This document shows, piece by piece, positions 27,004 through 37,691 of a DNA stretch of 38,288 bases. Both the position numbers and the translations under genes were made by a program. The stretch's first letter is position 1, and the number at the start of each line of letters is the position of its first letter. The stretch lies in the sequence record SRR31156797_9257, one strand, 5' to 3'. Under the pieces are notes generated by a model. The model worked only from the letters and a program-made list of their open reading frames with translations. It searched no databases and was not told the origin of the DNA.

Positions 27004-29268
27004 ATGTACAGCGATATCACACCTATTCATGAACACAAAAAGTACTGGGCAGAATGCTTTGGTACTGCGCCATTCTTACCAACAAGCCGTAAGGAGATGG
27101 ATGCGCTTGGATGGGACAGCTGTGACATTATTATCGTAACCGGTGATGCCTATGTGGATCATCCGAGTTTCGGTATGGCGATTATCGGTCGTTTATTGGA
27201 AGCTCAGGGCTTCCGCGTCGGTATTATTGCCCAGCCAGAATGGCAGAATAAAGACGCTTTCATGGCGTTAGGCCAACCAAATTTATTCTTTGGTGTGACC
27301 GCCGGTAACATGGATTCCATGATCAACCGCTACACATCAGACAGAAAACTGCGTCACGATGATGCATACACACCGAACAACGAAGGCGGCAAACGCCCTG
27401 ATCGTGCAACCTTGGTGTACTCTCAGCGCTGTCGTGAAGCCTATAAAGAGACACCTATCGTATTAGGTGGTATTGAAGCGAGCTTACGTCGTGTTTCTCA
27501 CTACGATTACTGGTCCGATAAAGTCCGCCGCTCCGTGCTGTTTGATGCCAAAGCAGACATCCTGCTGTTTGGTAATGCAGAGCGTGCACTGGTTGAAGTG
27601 GCTCATCGCCTAGCCGACGGTGAATCCATTAGCGAATTAACTAACGTTCGCGGAACAGCAGTAAACCTACCTGCCGTTCCTGAAGGTTATAAAGTGATTG
27701 ATTCATCTCGTATCGATAAACCAAGTACGCCGTTCGTACCAACCAACCCGTACGAAGTGGAAACGCAGTGTGAAACGAAAAAAGCCGACGAGAACGAAGC
27801 AAAACCGATTGTTGTTCGCGCATCTCGTCACGACTCAAAAACCACTGCGGTACGTCTGCCTTCTTATGAAAAGTTAGTTAATGACCGTATCTTGTACGCT
27901 CACGCAAGCCGTGTTCTGCATCTGGAAACCAACCCATACTCAGGTCGTGCGCTGATTCAAAGCCACGGCAACCGTGAACTGTGGGTAAACCAAGCCCCGA
28001 TTCCGTTGTCGACCGAAGAGATGGATTACGTGTTTGATTTACCGTACGCACGTGTTCCTCACCCTATGTATGGCAAGGCAAAAATTCCTGCCTACAACAT
28101 GATCAAAACATCCGTGAACATCATGCGCGGCTGTTTCGGTGGTTGTTCTTTCTGTTCGATTACCGAACACGAAGGACGCATTATTCAGAACCGTTCAAAA
28201 GAATCGATCATCAATGAGCTGAAAGAGATTCGCGACAAAGTTCCAGGATTTACCGGCACGATTTCAGACTTAGGCGGCCCAACAGCAAACATGTATCGTT
28301 TGGGTTGTTCTGATCCAAAAGCAGAAGCGAACTGTCGTCGTCCTTCATGTGTGTTCCCGGGTATCTGTCATAAGTTGAACACCGACCATAAACACACCAT
28401 TGATTTGTATCGTGAAGCGCGCAAAGTGGAAGGGGTTAAGAAAGTGATGATCGCCTCCGGTGTTCGTTACGACTTAGCGATTGAATCTCCAGAATACGTA
28501 AAAGAGCTGGTTACACACCACGTGGGCGGCTACCTGAAAATAGCCCCTGAACATACTGAAAAATCACCACTCGATTTGATGATGAAACCGGGTATGGGCA
28601 CTTTCGATCGCTTCAAAGAAATGTTCGACAAGTACAGCGCGGAAGCAGGTAAGAAACAGTACCTGATCCCTTACTTTATCTCTGCTCACCCGGGTACAGA
28701 AGATGAAGACATGGTGAATTTGGCACTATGGTTAAAGAGCCACAATTACGAGTGTGACCAGGTACAGAACTTCTACCCGTCACCCATGTGTAACGCGACA
28801 GCGATGTACCACTCTGAAGTGAACCCGCTTAAGCGCGTTAAGTACAAAAAGCGTGAAGATGTACCCGTGCCGAAAGGTGACCGTCAACGCCGTTTGCACA
28901 AAGCACTGCTGCGTTACCATGACCCACTGAACTGGCCGCTGATTCGTGAAGCATTAATTAACATGGGCAAAAAGCACTTGATTGGTGATAAACCAAACTG
29001 CTTAGTTCCAGCAGAAGATGCCGACAAGCAAACACCAGCGCAGCGTCGTAAGTCGGGTCGTCACGGTTCAAACCGTTTTGCGACTAAGCACACTAAATCT
29101 CAACCGGGGTTTGATGCATTACGCGGTGAAAAATCTAAAGGTGAGAAACCTCGCGGGGAGAGACCAAAAGGTAAAAATAACGGCGGTAAATCGTCAGTAG
29201 GTCGCTCAAACAGTAACTCACGTCCAAACAACAAAGGCAAAAGTCAGCAGCGTAACGCTCAACGCTAA
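27004..29268 (+). CDS. ygiQ: YgiQ (UPF0313) radical SAM protein
   Basis: [11 protein letters not shown] and [10 protein letters not shown] (CxxxCxxC) motifs; basic low-complexity tail. Start set at ATG 27004. Confidence 0.93.
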   Translation: MYSDITPIHEHKKYWAECFGTAPFLPTSRKEMDALGWDSCDIIIVTGDAYVDHPSFGMAIIGRLLEAQGFRVGIIAQPEWQNKDAFMALGQPNLFFGVTAGNMDSMINRYTSDRKLRHDDAYTPNNEGGKRPDRATLVYSQRCREAYKETPIVLGGIEASLRRVSHYDYWSDKVRRSVLFDAKADILLFGNAERALVEVAHRLADGESISELTNVRGTAVNLPAVPEGYKVIDSSRIDKPSTPFVPTNPYEVETQCETKKADENEAKPIVVRASRHDSKTTAVRLPSYEKLVNDRILYAHASRVLHLETNPYSGRALIQSHGNRELWVNQAPIPLSTEEMDYVFDLPYARVPHPMYGKAKIPAYNMIKTSVNIMRGCFGGCSFCSITEHEGRIIQNRSKESIINELKEIRDKVPGFTGTISDLGGPTANMYRLGCSDPKAEANCRRPSCVFPGICHKLNTDHKHTIDLYREARKVEGVKKVMIASGVRYDLAIESPEYVKELVTHHVGGYLKIAPEHTEKSPLDLMMKPGMGTFDRFKEMFDKYSAEAGKKQYLIPYFISAHPGTEDEDMVNLALWLKSHNYECDQVQNFYPSPMCNATAMYHSEVNPLKRVKYKKREDVPVPKGDRQRRLHKALLRYHDPLNWPLIREALINMGKKHLIGDKPNCLVPAEDADKQTPAQRRKSGRHGSNRFATKHTKSQPGFDALRGEKSKGEKPRGERPKGKNNGGKSSVGRSNSNSRPNNKGKSQQRNAQR

Positions 29269-29306
29269 TTATCTTTAATTTTCGAATATCGAAAAATAAA
29301 CCCAAC

Positions 29307-29336
29307 AAAAAGCGCAGCTCGATGGCTGCGCTTTTT
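29307..29336. terminator. Bidirectional terminator between ygiQ and serC
   Basis: AAAAAGCGCAGC-TCGATG-GCTGCGCTTTTT. Confidence 0.9.
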
Positions 29337-29356
29337 AATATTGATATCCGCTGAAA

Positions 29357-30451
29357 TTAAGCGTACTTCTCTTCAAACTCTTTCATGAAGTCAACAAGCG
29401 CTTGAACACCTTCCAATGTCATTGCGTTGTAGATAGATGCACGCATACCACCGACAGCACGGTGACCTTTCAGTGAGGTTAAACCACGTGCTTCAGCCAA
29501 CTCAAGGAAAGTGGCGTCCAGTTCAGGTTTCGCAAGTTGGAACGGTACGTTCATCAGTGAACGGTTGTCTGCGTGGACACCATTACGATAGAAATCAGAT
29601 GAATCGATATAACCATACAGTAACGCGCCTTTATCACGGTTGATCTTCTCAATCGCTTTAACGCCACCCTGCTCTTTCAACCACTTAAATACAAGTCCAG
29701 ATAGGTACCATGCGTAAGTTGGTGGTGTATTAAACATTGAATCTTGCTCAGCCAGTACTTTGTAATTCAAAACACCCGGAACAATATCACTAGCGAGTTC
29801 TAGCAGATCATCACGAACGATCGCGATGCAAATACCAGCAGGGCCGATATTCTTTTGAGCACCTGCGTAGATAACACCGTACTTAGACACATCGATTTCA
29901 CGAGAAAGGATTGTCGAAGACATATCAGCAACGATTGGTTTATCGGTTACTGGCAGGTCATTAATTTCAATACCGTCGATAGTTTCGTTCGGGCAAAAGT
30001 GTACATAAGCCGCTTCAGGATCGATTTTCCACTCACTCGCCGGTAAAATACCGATTTTACCGTCTTTGTTGACTTTCGCGTCAAAAACGTCTGTTTCACA
30101 ATATTTTTTAGCTTCTTTTACTGCACTTTCCGCCCAGTAGCCGCCATCAATATAAGTGGCCTTCGTTGCTTTACCCATAAGGTTCATTGGTACAGCGGCA
30201 AACTGCGCACGAGCGCCGCCCTGACAGAACAAAACTTTATAGTTGTCTGGAATATTAAGTAGGTCACGGAGATCTTGTTCCGCTTCTTCAGCCACTTTAA
30301 TAAAAGGTTTACTACGGTGACTAATTTCCATAACCGAAACGCCCATACCGTTCCAATTCACAAACTCAGCTTGTGCCTTTTGCATAACGGCTTTTGGTAA
30401 CGCTGCTGGACCAGCACTAAAGTTATAAACAGTGTCCGTGTTCGGTTCCAT
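29357..30451 (-). CDS. serC: Phosphoserine aminotransferase
   Basis: NFSAGPA, EISHRS, AGAQKN.GPAG, NTPP and GHR.VGGMRAS.YNA. Start at ATG 30451 after AGGAG. Confidence 0.97.
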   Translation of the reverse strand: MEPNTDTVYNFSAGPAALPKAVMQKAQAEFVNWNGMGVSVMEISHRSKPFIKVAEEAEQDLRDLLNIPDNYKVLFCQGGARAQFAAVPMNLMGKATKATYIDGGYWAESAVKEAKKYCETDVFDAKVNKDGKIGILPASEWKIDPEAAYVHFCPNETIDGIEINDLPVTDKPIVADMSSTILSREIDVSKYGVIYAGAQKNIGPAGICIAIVRDDLLELASDIVPGVLNYKVLAEQDSMFNTPPTYAWYLSGLVFKWLKEQGGVKAIEKINRDKGALLYGYIDSSDFYRNGVHADNRSLMNVPFQLAKPELDATFLELAEARGLTSLKGHRAVGGMRASIYNAMTLEGVQALVDFMKEFEEKYA

Positions 30452-30517
30452 GTGTTTTTTGCTCCTGCTATCTAGATTATTTGTGATTAATACCACTTTT
30501 TCACTTAGATAAAAAGC

Positions 30518-30547
30518 AAGAAAAGAGGTCTTTAGACCTCTTTTCTT
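30518..30547 (-). terminator. Intrinsic terminator after the DUF945 gene
   Basis: AAGAAAAGAGGTCT-TT-AGACCTCTTTTCTT inverted repeat. Confidence 0.8.
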
Positions 30548-30571
30548 CAACTAAGCCGTTTCCAATAAAAT

Positions 30572-31846
30572 TTAGTAACTTTGAGTCATCATCGCGGACA
30601 TAAATAATGCAAACAGTGGAACCTGATTTCCATTAGCGAAAACCAAATTCCCTTCTTTAATTTCAGCGTTAAGATGATAGCCCTCTGGCTTCTGAGTCAT
30701 CATCTCCATGACCACCAGTTCATCAACACCTTGGCGAATCGCTGGCATGTCTGTCGCAAGTTGGTTAGAAACAAAAGTTTCAACATTACCGCCAAGCGCT
30801 GACAACAGAACACTTGGATCACTCAGCACGTTATTGGTGCCTTGAGGAACATTAAGGGTCATCTTTGAAGAAAACTCACCTTCCCCAACTTTAAAAGACA
30901 GTTGGTCCAAAGACATAAAGAACCCTTGAGAGAACAAAGTATCCACGTACGGCAAGGCCCTTTCAAAATCGCTATTGGCTAAATCGGGATTGCTCTGATA
31001 AATATCAGAAAGCGCGCGGAAAGAAGCACTGTCTAAGTCACCCATCGTAAAATTAAACGTCAAATCGTTCACTTCACTATTTCCATCAACGTCAATCTTT
31101 GCGAAATTGATGTTGTGAATGCTGGTAAAGCGAGAAGAAACAGAATCCATCTCAGACTCAAAATCATAAGAGACATTTTCTATATTAAACAGCTGGTATC
31201 CTGAATCCGTATCCGCACGCATGCTGTCGAACTTAACGCTCTGCTGGCCAATCCAAAAACCAGCGTCATATTTTCCATCGCCTTGTCCAGTTAAATTGGA
31301 CAGTAGCATTTTCTCATTAGTAGAGAAGGTTATTGCAATCGAAGGAACAGACATCTCATACGATGCTTCACCTAACGGTGTTACCTTGCCGTTGAACTGT
31401 GAAGCTAACATTGAAATCGCGACCGCATCTGGGCCTTGAGTCTGATAGTGCCAATCTTCTACCGTCGTTGTAAAACTGGTCGTGCCATTAAGCTGAGTGT
31501 TCGTTTCGATCACGACCGGAGCATCAGGATACTCTGGAAATGTCGATAGCGCCGAGATAGCAACCAGTCCATGGCTGACTGCACTTTCAACCACAATCTC
31601 TGTTGGTAGCCCTTCGGCTACAAACTGCTGCTTCAAAACGGGATTGATAACGCTGTAGCGGGTTTGTACCTTTGATGACAGGTAACCACGGTCATACTCA
31701 ATAAGTTCTGCCGAGATATCATTATTACTCAGATGAGCTAAACCATCGGTAACAACATTTTGCCCAATTTGACCAACGGCTAATGGCCAACAAAGCACAA
31801 GAGAAATAGCGCCGCCAACTGCACCAATCAATTTCAAATTCTTCAT
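30572..31846 (-). CDS. DUF945 (YdgA-like) exported protein
   Basis: N-terminal anchor with WP...G, YDRGYLSS, and C-terminal G.L...NG...PL. Confidence 0.8.
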   Translation of the reverse strand: MKNLKLIGAVGGAISLVLCWPLAVGQIGQNVVTDGLAHLSNNDISAELIEYDRGYLSSKVQTRYSVINPVLKQQFVAEGLPTEIVVESAVSHGLVAISALSTFPEYPDAPVVIETNTQLNGTTSFTTTVEDWHYQTQGPDAVAISMLASQFNGKVTPLGEASYEMSVPSIAITFSTNEKMLLSNLTGQGDGKYDAGFWIGQQSVKFDSMRADTDSGYQLFNIENVSYDFESEMDSVSSRFTSIHNINFAKIDVDGNSEVNDLTFNFTMGDLDSASFRALSDIYQSNPDLANSDFERALPYVDTLFSQGFFMSLDQLSFKVGEGEFSSKMTLNVPQGTNNVLSDPSVLLSALGGNVETFVSNQLATDMPAIRQGVDELVVMEMMTQKPEGYHLNAEIKEGNLVFANGNQVPLFALFMSAMMTQSY

Positions 31847-32128
31847 AAAAGCAGATTCCTTATTGTTTTCCGCAGTCTACCGATTAGATTTCATCAGCTC
31901 AAGAAACTAAATGAGACACTGTCTATTTAGATGTTCTCAACGTCACTTTAATCGCAACCACTCACGTAAGCGTTCACTGTCTGTAAAGAATATTTCGTCT
32001 GCTCAGGTAAAAAAGTATGAGTTATTTCAGACTATTGACACAAATTGAGCATTCTTAAACCTCGCTCTCAGTTCAATTCTCCGTTGCTTGCTAGAGTGGT
32101 GAGAACATGATGACTTGATGAGAAGACT

Positions 32129-34069
32129 GTGAATCAATACGCCCTACTCTGTTTAGACAATAACCCCGTCAGCGTTGAGCAATGGCGCAATGAACTGCAA
32201 GAATTTTCAACCAAATTTGACTTGCATACTGCTGATTCTTTTGAAGAAGCACAGCAAGCGTTAGATTACCTGGAAGCACAAAATCAGACCGTCGCCCTCG
32301 TCATTGCCAGCCACAGTCAAAGTCTCAATGGTGCAGATTTCTTAATTCAACTCGATCGTTTAGAAAGCACAAAAAATGCACGCAAGGTACTCATCAGTTG
32401 CGGTCAGGATATTCAGGCGATCTTAAATGCGGTTAATGAAGGAAGGCTTGATTACTGCCTCACTAAACCTCTGCAAGACAGAGTGCTCTACAAAACGGTT
32501 CAGAAAGAGTTAACAACGTATATTTTACAGCACGACATAGACAATGTTCTTCAATACAGTACCGTGCTTGAACAACAACGAATCTTGCGCTGCCACATTG
32601 ACAACAAGATGCACTCTTATCGTCAGGGGTTTATCACTGAGTATCATCAACTGTCAGATATGGAATTGGCCGATCAAGTCGTTGGCGCTCTTTATCAGTT
32701 TTTTGAAAAACAAGACGATACCAAAGCTTGTCGCACCTACTCAGCCGAGCATTTATTAACGATTGAAGGTCAACCTAACCAGTTCTTGTGGTTTATTACC
32801 GAAGGTGAAGTGGCTTTATATAAAAAAGATAAACACGGCCAACAAAAGGAAGTGGTGCGCCATCAAAAAGGCAACATTGTTGGCGGGATGTCCTTTGTGA
32901 CTGGCGAATGTTCATTTTCGACCGCGGTGACATTAACCAAAACCGAAGTCATCAAGTTAGATCGCGATATCTTTGCCAAGGTCATGCACACTGATACCAC
33001 ACTACTGCCTTTGTTTACCAACTTGCTACTGCGTCACTTTAACCGTCGCCTTCAGCGCAGTATCAATACCAAAATACAACTGCAAGAAACATTAGAATCT
33101 TTAGAGTCCGCCCACCAGCAACTGATCGAAGGTGAAAAAATGGCCATGCTTGGTCAACTCGTTGCTGGCGTTGCTCATGAGCTTAATAACCCTGTTTCTG
33201 CAATTTTACGTGGCACGGAAACCCTATCGAATAACATTGAACGAATTATCGATGAATATCAGGATTGGGATACCAGCCAGCAAGGAGCGCGACTACTGAA
33301 ATCTGCGCGGCAGTCTAAACCCGTTTCCACGTCAGAAGAGCGTGAACTGGCCAAGCAATTAGAAGCGTTAATCCGCCATCGTTTACTCGCTAAAAAAATG
33401 GTCAAGCTCGGTTTGAATCATGATGAAGAGATGATTAAGCAAGCCAAATCTTCCCCCGACGCAACGTTAAAAGCATTGGAATCACTCGAACGCTACCATG
33501 TTACTGGTAGTACATTACGATCCATTAAAGTTTGTGCTCAACGCATTACCGATATGGTGAAAAGCCTTAAAGGTTACGCCAGAGCCGATGATGAAACGTT
33601 CCACTTTACCGATGTGCATGAAGGAATAGAAGATACGCTGGTCATTTTTGAAAACAAATTAAAACTGCACAAACTCAACAAAGAATACAGCGAGATTCCT
33701 CCAATTCGATGTTTGCCAATTGCTTTACAGCAGGTATGGACAAACTTAATCTCCAATGCCATTGATGCCTTTCCTGAAAAAGGCGTCTTGGAGATCAATT
33801 CATACATAGAAGAGAAGAATGGGCAAAAATTTGCCGTCATTAGCTTCAAAGATAACGGACACGGTATTCCGGAAGAATCCAAACAACAAATTTTTGCACT
33901 CAATTATACAACCAAACGAGAAGGCAACTTCGGTTTAGGTATTGGGCTGTCTGTTTGTCAACAGATTGTCCATCAACACAAAGGCTGGATTGATGTTGAA
34001 TCCAAAGTTGGGGAATACACCGATATGCAGGTTTGGCTCCCATTAACGCCCCACGAACTTGATAAATAA
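32129..34069 (+). CDS. Cytoplasmic sensor histidine kinase (REC-like, cNMP-binding, HisKA, HATPase)
   Basis: EKMAMLGQLVAGVAHELNNP H-box; NLISNAIDA, DNGHGI and GLGIGL boxes; central cNMP-like fold; GTG start. Confidence 0.9.
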   Translation: MNQYALLCLDNNPVSVEQWRNELQEFSTKFDLHTADSFEEAQQALDYLEAQNQTVALVIASHSQSLNGADFLIQLDRLESTKNARKVLISCGQDIQAILNAVNEGRLDYCLTKPLQDRVLYKTVQKELTTYILQHDIDNVLQYSTVLEQQRILRCHIDNKMHSYRQGFITEYHQLSDMELADQVVGALYQFFEKQDDTKACRTYSAEHLLTIEGQPNQFLWFITEGEVALYKKDKHGQQKEVVRHQKGNIVGGMSFVTGECSFSTAVTLTKTEVIKLDRDIFAKVMHTDTTLLPLFTNLLLRHFNRRLQRSINTKIQLQETLESLESAHQQLIEGEKMAMLGQLVAGVAHELNNPVSAILRGTETLSNNIERIIDEYQDWDTSQQGARLLKSARQSKPVSTSEERELAKQLEALIRHRLLAKKMVKLGLNHDEEMIKQAKSSPDATLKALESLERYHVTGSTLRSIKVCAQRITDMVKSLKGYARADDETFHFTDVHEGIEDTLVIFENKLKLHKLNKEYSEIPPIRCLPIALQQVWTNLISNAIDAFPEKGVLEINSYIEEKNGQKFAVISFKDNGHGIPEESKQQIFALNYTTKREGNFGLGIGLSVCQQIVHQHKGWIDVESKVGEYTDMQVWLPLTPHELDK

Positions 34070-34079
34070 GGAATACAAC

Positions 34080-34577
34080 ATGAACAAACTCATGATTTTA
34101 TGCATAGATGATGAAAGAGAAGTTCTAGACAGCGTGGTGCAAGATATTGAATGTTTTGAAGAAAATTTTATTATCGAAGCCGCTCAATCTGTAGCTGAAG
34201 CGAGAAGTGTTATCGATGATTATCGGTCACAAGATGTCCCGTTAGCTTTGGTGTTGTGTGACCATATCATGCCTGAACAAACCGGCATCAGCTTTCTGAT
34301 TGAACTCAATGAACAAGATGATACGAATAAAACGCGTAAAGTGTTACTAACAGGGCAAGCCGGCTTGAATGATACCGTCGAAGCCGTCAATCATTCGAGT
34401 TTAGATTTCTTTATCGCAAAACCTTGGGTTGGAGAAGAGCTTCGTAAAGTTGTCAAAGAGCAACTCACCCACTATGTCATCGAGAATGAAAAAGATCTAA
34501 TGCCATGGGTTCAAGTGCTTGATACAGAGAAAATTCTTAATGCAATTTCTGATAAACGAATCAGTTTTGGTGAATAG
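34080..34577 (+). CDS. Single-domain response regulator
   Basis: IDDE, LCDHIMP, LLTG and AKPW. Start at ATG 34080 after AAGGA. Confidence 0.9.
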   Translation: MNKLMILCIDDEREVLDSVVQDIECFEENFIIEAAQSVAEARSVIDDYRSQDVPLALVLCDHIMPEQTGISFLIELNEQDDTNKTRKVLLTGQAGLNDTVEAVNHSSLDFFIAKPWVGEELRKVVKEQLTHYVIENEKDLMPWVQVLDTEKILNAISDKRISFGE

Positions 34578-34748
34578 TTTGCCGTTTTTTGGCATTTAAA
34601 TTGCTTCAGCTCTATAAAATCGACAAAACAATGACATTTTTGATGGTTTCTCAATACATCAATGATTTATGATGTCATCAGTGACTAAGAAGCAGTGCCT
34701 TCTTATCGACCATGGAATTAACTATAAAGATACAGGTTTACCGTAACT

Positions 34749-35297
34749 ATGCGTAAAACAATCATTGCAGCAGCACTACTTATTGCTTCGGGACAGAGCT
34801 TAGCCGAAGTTGACCGTAACAGCCCGTCAGTCATGAGCAACTTTAGCTACGACTATGCAGAAGCACGTATCGGTGCTAGTCCAATGACTTTTGGTGGCGC
34901 TTTAAGTAAATCCATTCACCCAAACGCTCATGTGATTGGCCGTATTGATTCTGAACTGGAAAGTGATTACGCAGCAGCTGCTGGCTTTGGCTTCCATGCA
35001 CCAGTCAACAACTGGGCGGACTTCACTGGTGAAATGTTACTGCGCCTAGAAGATAAAGATGATGGAAGAAGTGCTGACACAGGCATGGAACTTAACGTGG
35101 GCATTCGCCAATGGTTAGGTCCACAACTTGAGGTTGGTGGTAAAGCGGGCTACGTATCACTTGACGAAGAAGACGATTGGATTGCTTCGTTCTACGGCCG
35201 CTTCCACTCTACAGAGTTGTTCTCGATTGGCGCTGAAGCGCGTTTCAACGATTCATACGGTGATCAAATCATGTTCACTACACGCTTTAAGCTGTAA
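34749..35297 (+). CDS. Small outer-membrane beta-barrel protein
   Basis: Signal peptide, FSYDY.E, alternating beta strands, C-terminal RFKL. Confidence 0.75.
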   Translation: MRKTIIAAALLIASGQSLAEVDRNSPSVMSNFSYDYAEARIGASPMTFGGALSKSIHPNAHVIGRIDSELESDYAAAAGFGFHAPVNNWADFTGEMLLRLEDKDDGRSADTGMELNVGIRQWLGPQLEVGGKAGYVSLDEEDDWIASFYGRFHSTELFSIGAEARFNDSYGDQIMFTTRFKL

Positions 35298-35316
35298 TTG
35301 AAATCTTAGAGATATG

Positions 35317-35347
35317 AAAAAGCCGAGGAACATTTCCTCGGCTTTTT
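35317..35347. terminator. Bidirectional terminator between the OMP gene and tfoX
   Basis: AAAAAGCCGAGGAA-CAT-TTCCTCGGCTTTTT. Confidence 0.9.
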
Positions 35348-35366
35348 AGTTTTAATCGTTAGTAAA

Positions 35367-35969
35367 TCAGTTGAAACCCGCTTTGCTACTTTGGCAACTG
35401 TCTAAAAGTTGACGTTTTCTTGGCTCTTGAATCAATTTCCAATGAATACCATCAATAGCACCAGCAAACTTCCAAAGAAGCTTAATATCTACATCGTTGC
35501 CATAGATTTGGCAAACTTTGTTAAATACTTCTGGAGCACCCAGTTCGATAAATGTATCAACATCATCGACACCCGCTTTTTTAACCATTCTTTCCAAAGT
35601 TAGCTGCATGTTTGGTAAATCACGTAAACGACGATTCGTTGACGATTTTTTTACCACTCTCTGGCTAACTGCGTTCTTGATAGACAAGCCGACAATATCA
35701 TCTAGGCCTTGATAATTTTCTTCGTAAAGTGCCGTAATGTCGTAATAGTTAACAGTCGCAACCGTTTGCTTTTTAACATGGCGGTACTTCTCACAGCCTA
35801 GTGCATTCAACTTGTCATCTAAATCCTTTCCACCGCGAATATAAATGCAATCGTTAGTCAAAAGCGCGTACATCGCATCTTCTTGGAACAATCCTATTCC
35901 ACCAAACATTGAACGTTCTTGGCTTTCACCAAACTTATTTACATAATCGAAAAATGTTAGCTCTACCAT
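35367..35969 (-). CDS. tfoX: Competence master regulator TfoX (Sxy family)
   Basis: RSMFGGIGLF, KYRHVKKQT.ATVNYYDIT, RLRDLPNMQLTLERM and LLWKFAGAI.G.HW, matching Vibrio TfoX. Confidence 0.92.
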   Translation of the reverse strand: MVELTFFDYVNKFGESQERSMFGGIGLFQEDAMYALLTNDCIYIRGGKDLDDKLNALGCEKYRHVKKQTVATVNYYDITALYEENYQGLDDIVGLSIKNAVSQRVVKKSSTNRRLRDLPNMQLTLERMVKKAGVDDVDTFIELGAPEVFNKVCQIYGNDVDIKLLWKFAGAIDGIHWKLIQEPRKRQLLDSCQSSKAGFN

Positions 35970-36172
35970 AGCTATTGACCCTATTAATCAAAAACCCCCG
36001 ATTAAGAAAGATCACCAGATAGCAGTACAATTTAGCGAATAAAATTAATATTTTACTTATTAGCATTCCCAATATTTATGGAACGCTGATCTTGTTATGC
36101 GGTCATCATAATTAATGATGAAAATTAAGTCAGGACCTAATTCACATCCAGAAACGTTTTTTTTGGACGATT

Positions 36173-36188
36173 TGAGATATGACTCGCA
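36173..36188. promoter_or_regulatory. Candidate CRP site upstream of tfoX
   Basis: TGAGA-N6-TCGCA (8/10 to TGTGA-N6-TCACA). Confidence 0.45.
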
Positions 36189-36641
36189 CAACTCCCAGAT
36201 ATCATCACTCAACTCAATGATATCTCAATAAAAAAACAGTCGTCTTTATATTGAGAGTTTTTGCCTATTAATTTGGGACACTGACAAAACAGGTTGGCAG
36301 TGAGCAATAACCGACCAAATTGCTGTTAAAAACATCGGTGCGGTTCAACATTCTTACTTTGATAGTAATAAAGTGAGCTGTGTTTGATTGAATCAGTTGC
36401 GTATCTACATTAGCGAAAGTTAAAATGGTGTTTCATCAGCTCACATAAGCAGTTAGGCACTATTGACCTCATTGCGAATAGTTTCTCTAATGTGAGCATG
36501 TCCTATAAGGCACCATTGAACCTGTGTCGCCATTGTCTAAACGATAACGTTGGATAATACGCTCATCAGTGCTGCCAATAAGGTTTGAGTGAATACATTT
36601 AACTCGAACAGAACTTAACCGCAAAAGGTCAACAGACCCTC

Positions 36642-37562
36642 ATGAATCACTTATCTTTCTATTGGCTTCCTGACAACAAACAGCTTCTTCTTGAAGGAGT
36701 TGAAAGCGAGTTCGCTGAATTGGTAGAACGTTCCATCAGTACAGGAAAAATCACGCTACCGCCAATTCCTAATGTTGTATTAACCATCCAAAAGATGACG
36801 TCTGATGAAGCAACAACGGTTTCAGATGTGGCCAACTGCCTCGCCGATGACCCTAGTCTCGCGGCGATTGTGATTCGTATTGCTAACTCGGTCGTGTTTA
36901 ACCGTCGTAACATCACCTGTAATGATTTACTGACTGCTGTTTCTCGACTGGGGATCCTCCGGGTACGTGACATCGTTACCGCGCAAGCGATTGAGCAGTT
37001 AAAACATTCCGTTAACCTAAGCAATGAGTGCAACAAAATACTGGTACATAGCGCTGCTGTATCACGCGAACTTGGTGCGACAATGGTACTCGTCGTACAG
37101 GCATTCAAAGCGCTAGAACCACAGAAATATCAGCATCTAGAGCAAGAAAAAGCTCTGCTGGTCGGTCTACTGGCTGATATAGGTTTGTTCTGTTTGGTCA
37201 ACGAGTACCACGTTTATCTTGAAAACGGCAACTATCTTGATCAGGACATCGCGTTACAGATATTTCATTCTCGTTGTGCCGACACCAGCCACTTAGTGCT
37301 TAAGCATTGGGGGTTTGATGAGGACTTCCTTGAGGTTTGCGGCAATAAAGAATTACTAGAACACCCTTGCGAAGTAAGCTATCTTGATGTCGCGCGAATA
37401 TCAAACCACTTGCTTATGTTCAGAAAGCAAGACGAAGATATTGATGAACATGAAGTGGAAATCAATACCACAGGTGCGGAGGTTCTCTACCAGCTCAGCA
37501 ACCTGACTGATTCAGACTTTCAATCTAAACTCCGCGCCGTAATCAACGCCAGTGGTTTTTAA
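36642..37562 (+). CDS. HDOD domain protein
   Basis: LPPIP.V, DP.LAA...R.ANS, AVSRLG, GLLADIG and L..WGF motifs. Confidence 0.88.
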   Translation: MNHLSFYWLPDNKQLLLEGVESEFAELVERSISTGKITLPPIPNVVLTIQKMTSDEATTVSDVANCLADDPSLAAIVIRIANSVVFNRRNITCNDLLTAVSRLGILRVRDIVTAQAIEQLKHSVNLSNECNKILVHSAAVSRELGATMVLVVQAFKALEPQKYQHLEQEKALLVGLLADIGLFCLVNEYHVYLENGNYLDQDIALQIFHSRCADTSHLVLKHWGFDEDFLEVCGNKELLEHPCEVSYLDVARISNHLLMFRKQDEDIDEHEVEINTTGAEVLYQLSNLTDSDFQSKLRAVINASGF

Positions 37563-37691
37563 ACAGCCACATTGAACGACTTCAAGTTCAAACAACAGCG
37601 ATAAAAATATATAACCCACAGGAACAGAACCTGCCCGACTTAAGTTAAGTTGGCAGGTTCCAAAGTGGGACTAAGTACTTTTGAGGAATGT

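Noticed and set aside
29020-29268. Lys/Arg/Asn-rich low-complexity tail of YgiQ
   Set aside because: A variable basic tail is usual in this family.
30452-30550. Extended serC N-terminus in the ORF track
   Set aside because: It runs through a terminator hairpin; the RBS and homology point to ATG 30451.
34737-34747. TTTACCGTAAC, similar to the variant -10
   Set aside because: Abuts the OMP start codon and lacks the -35 box.
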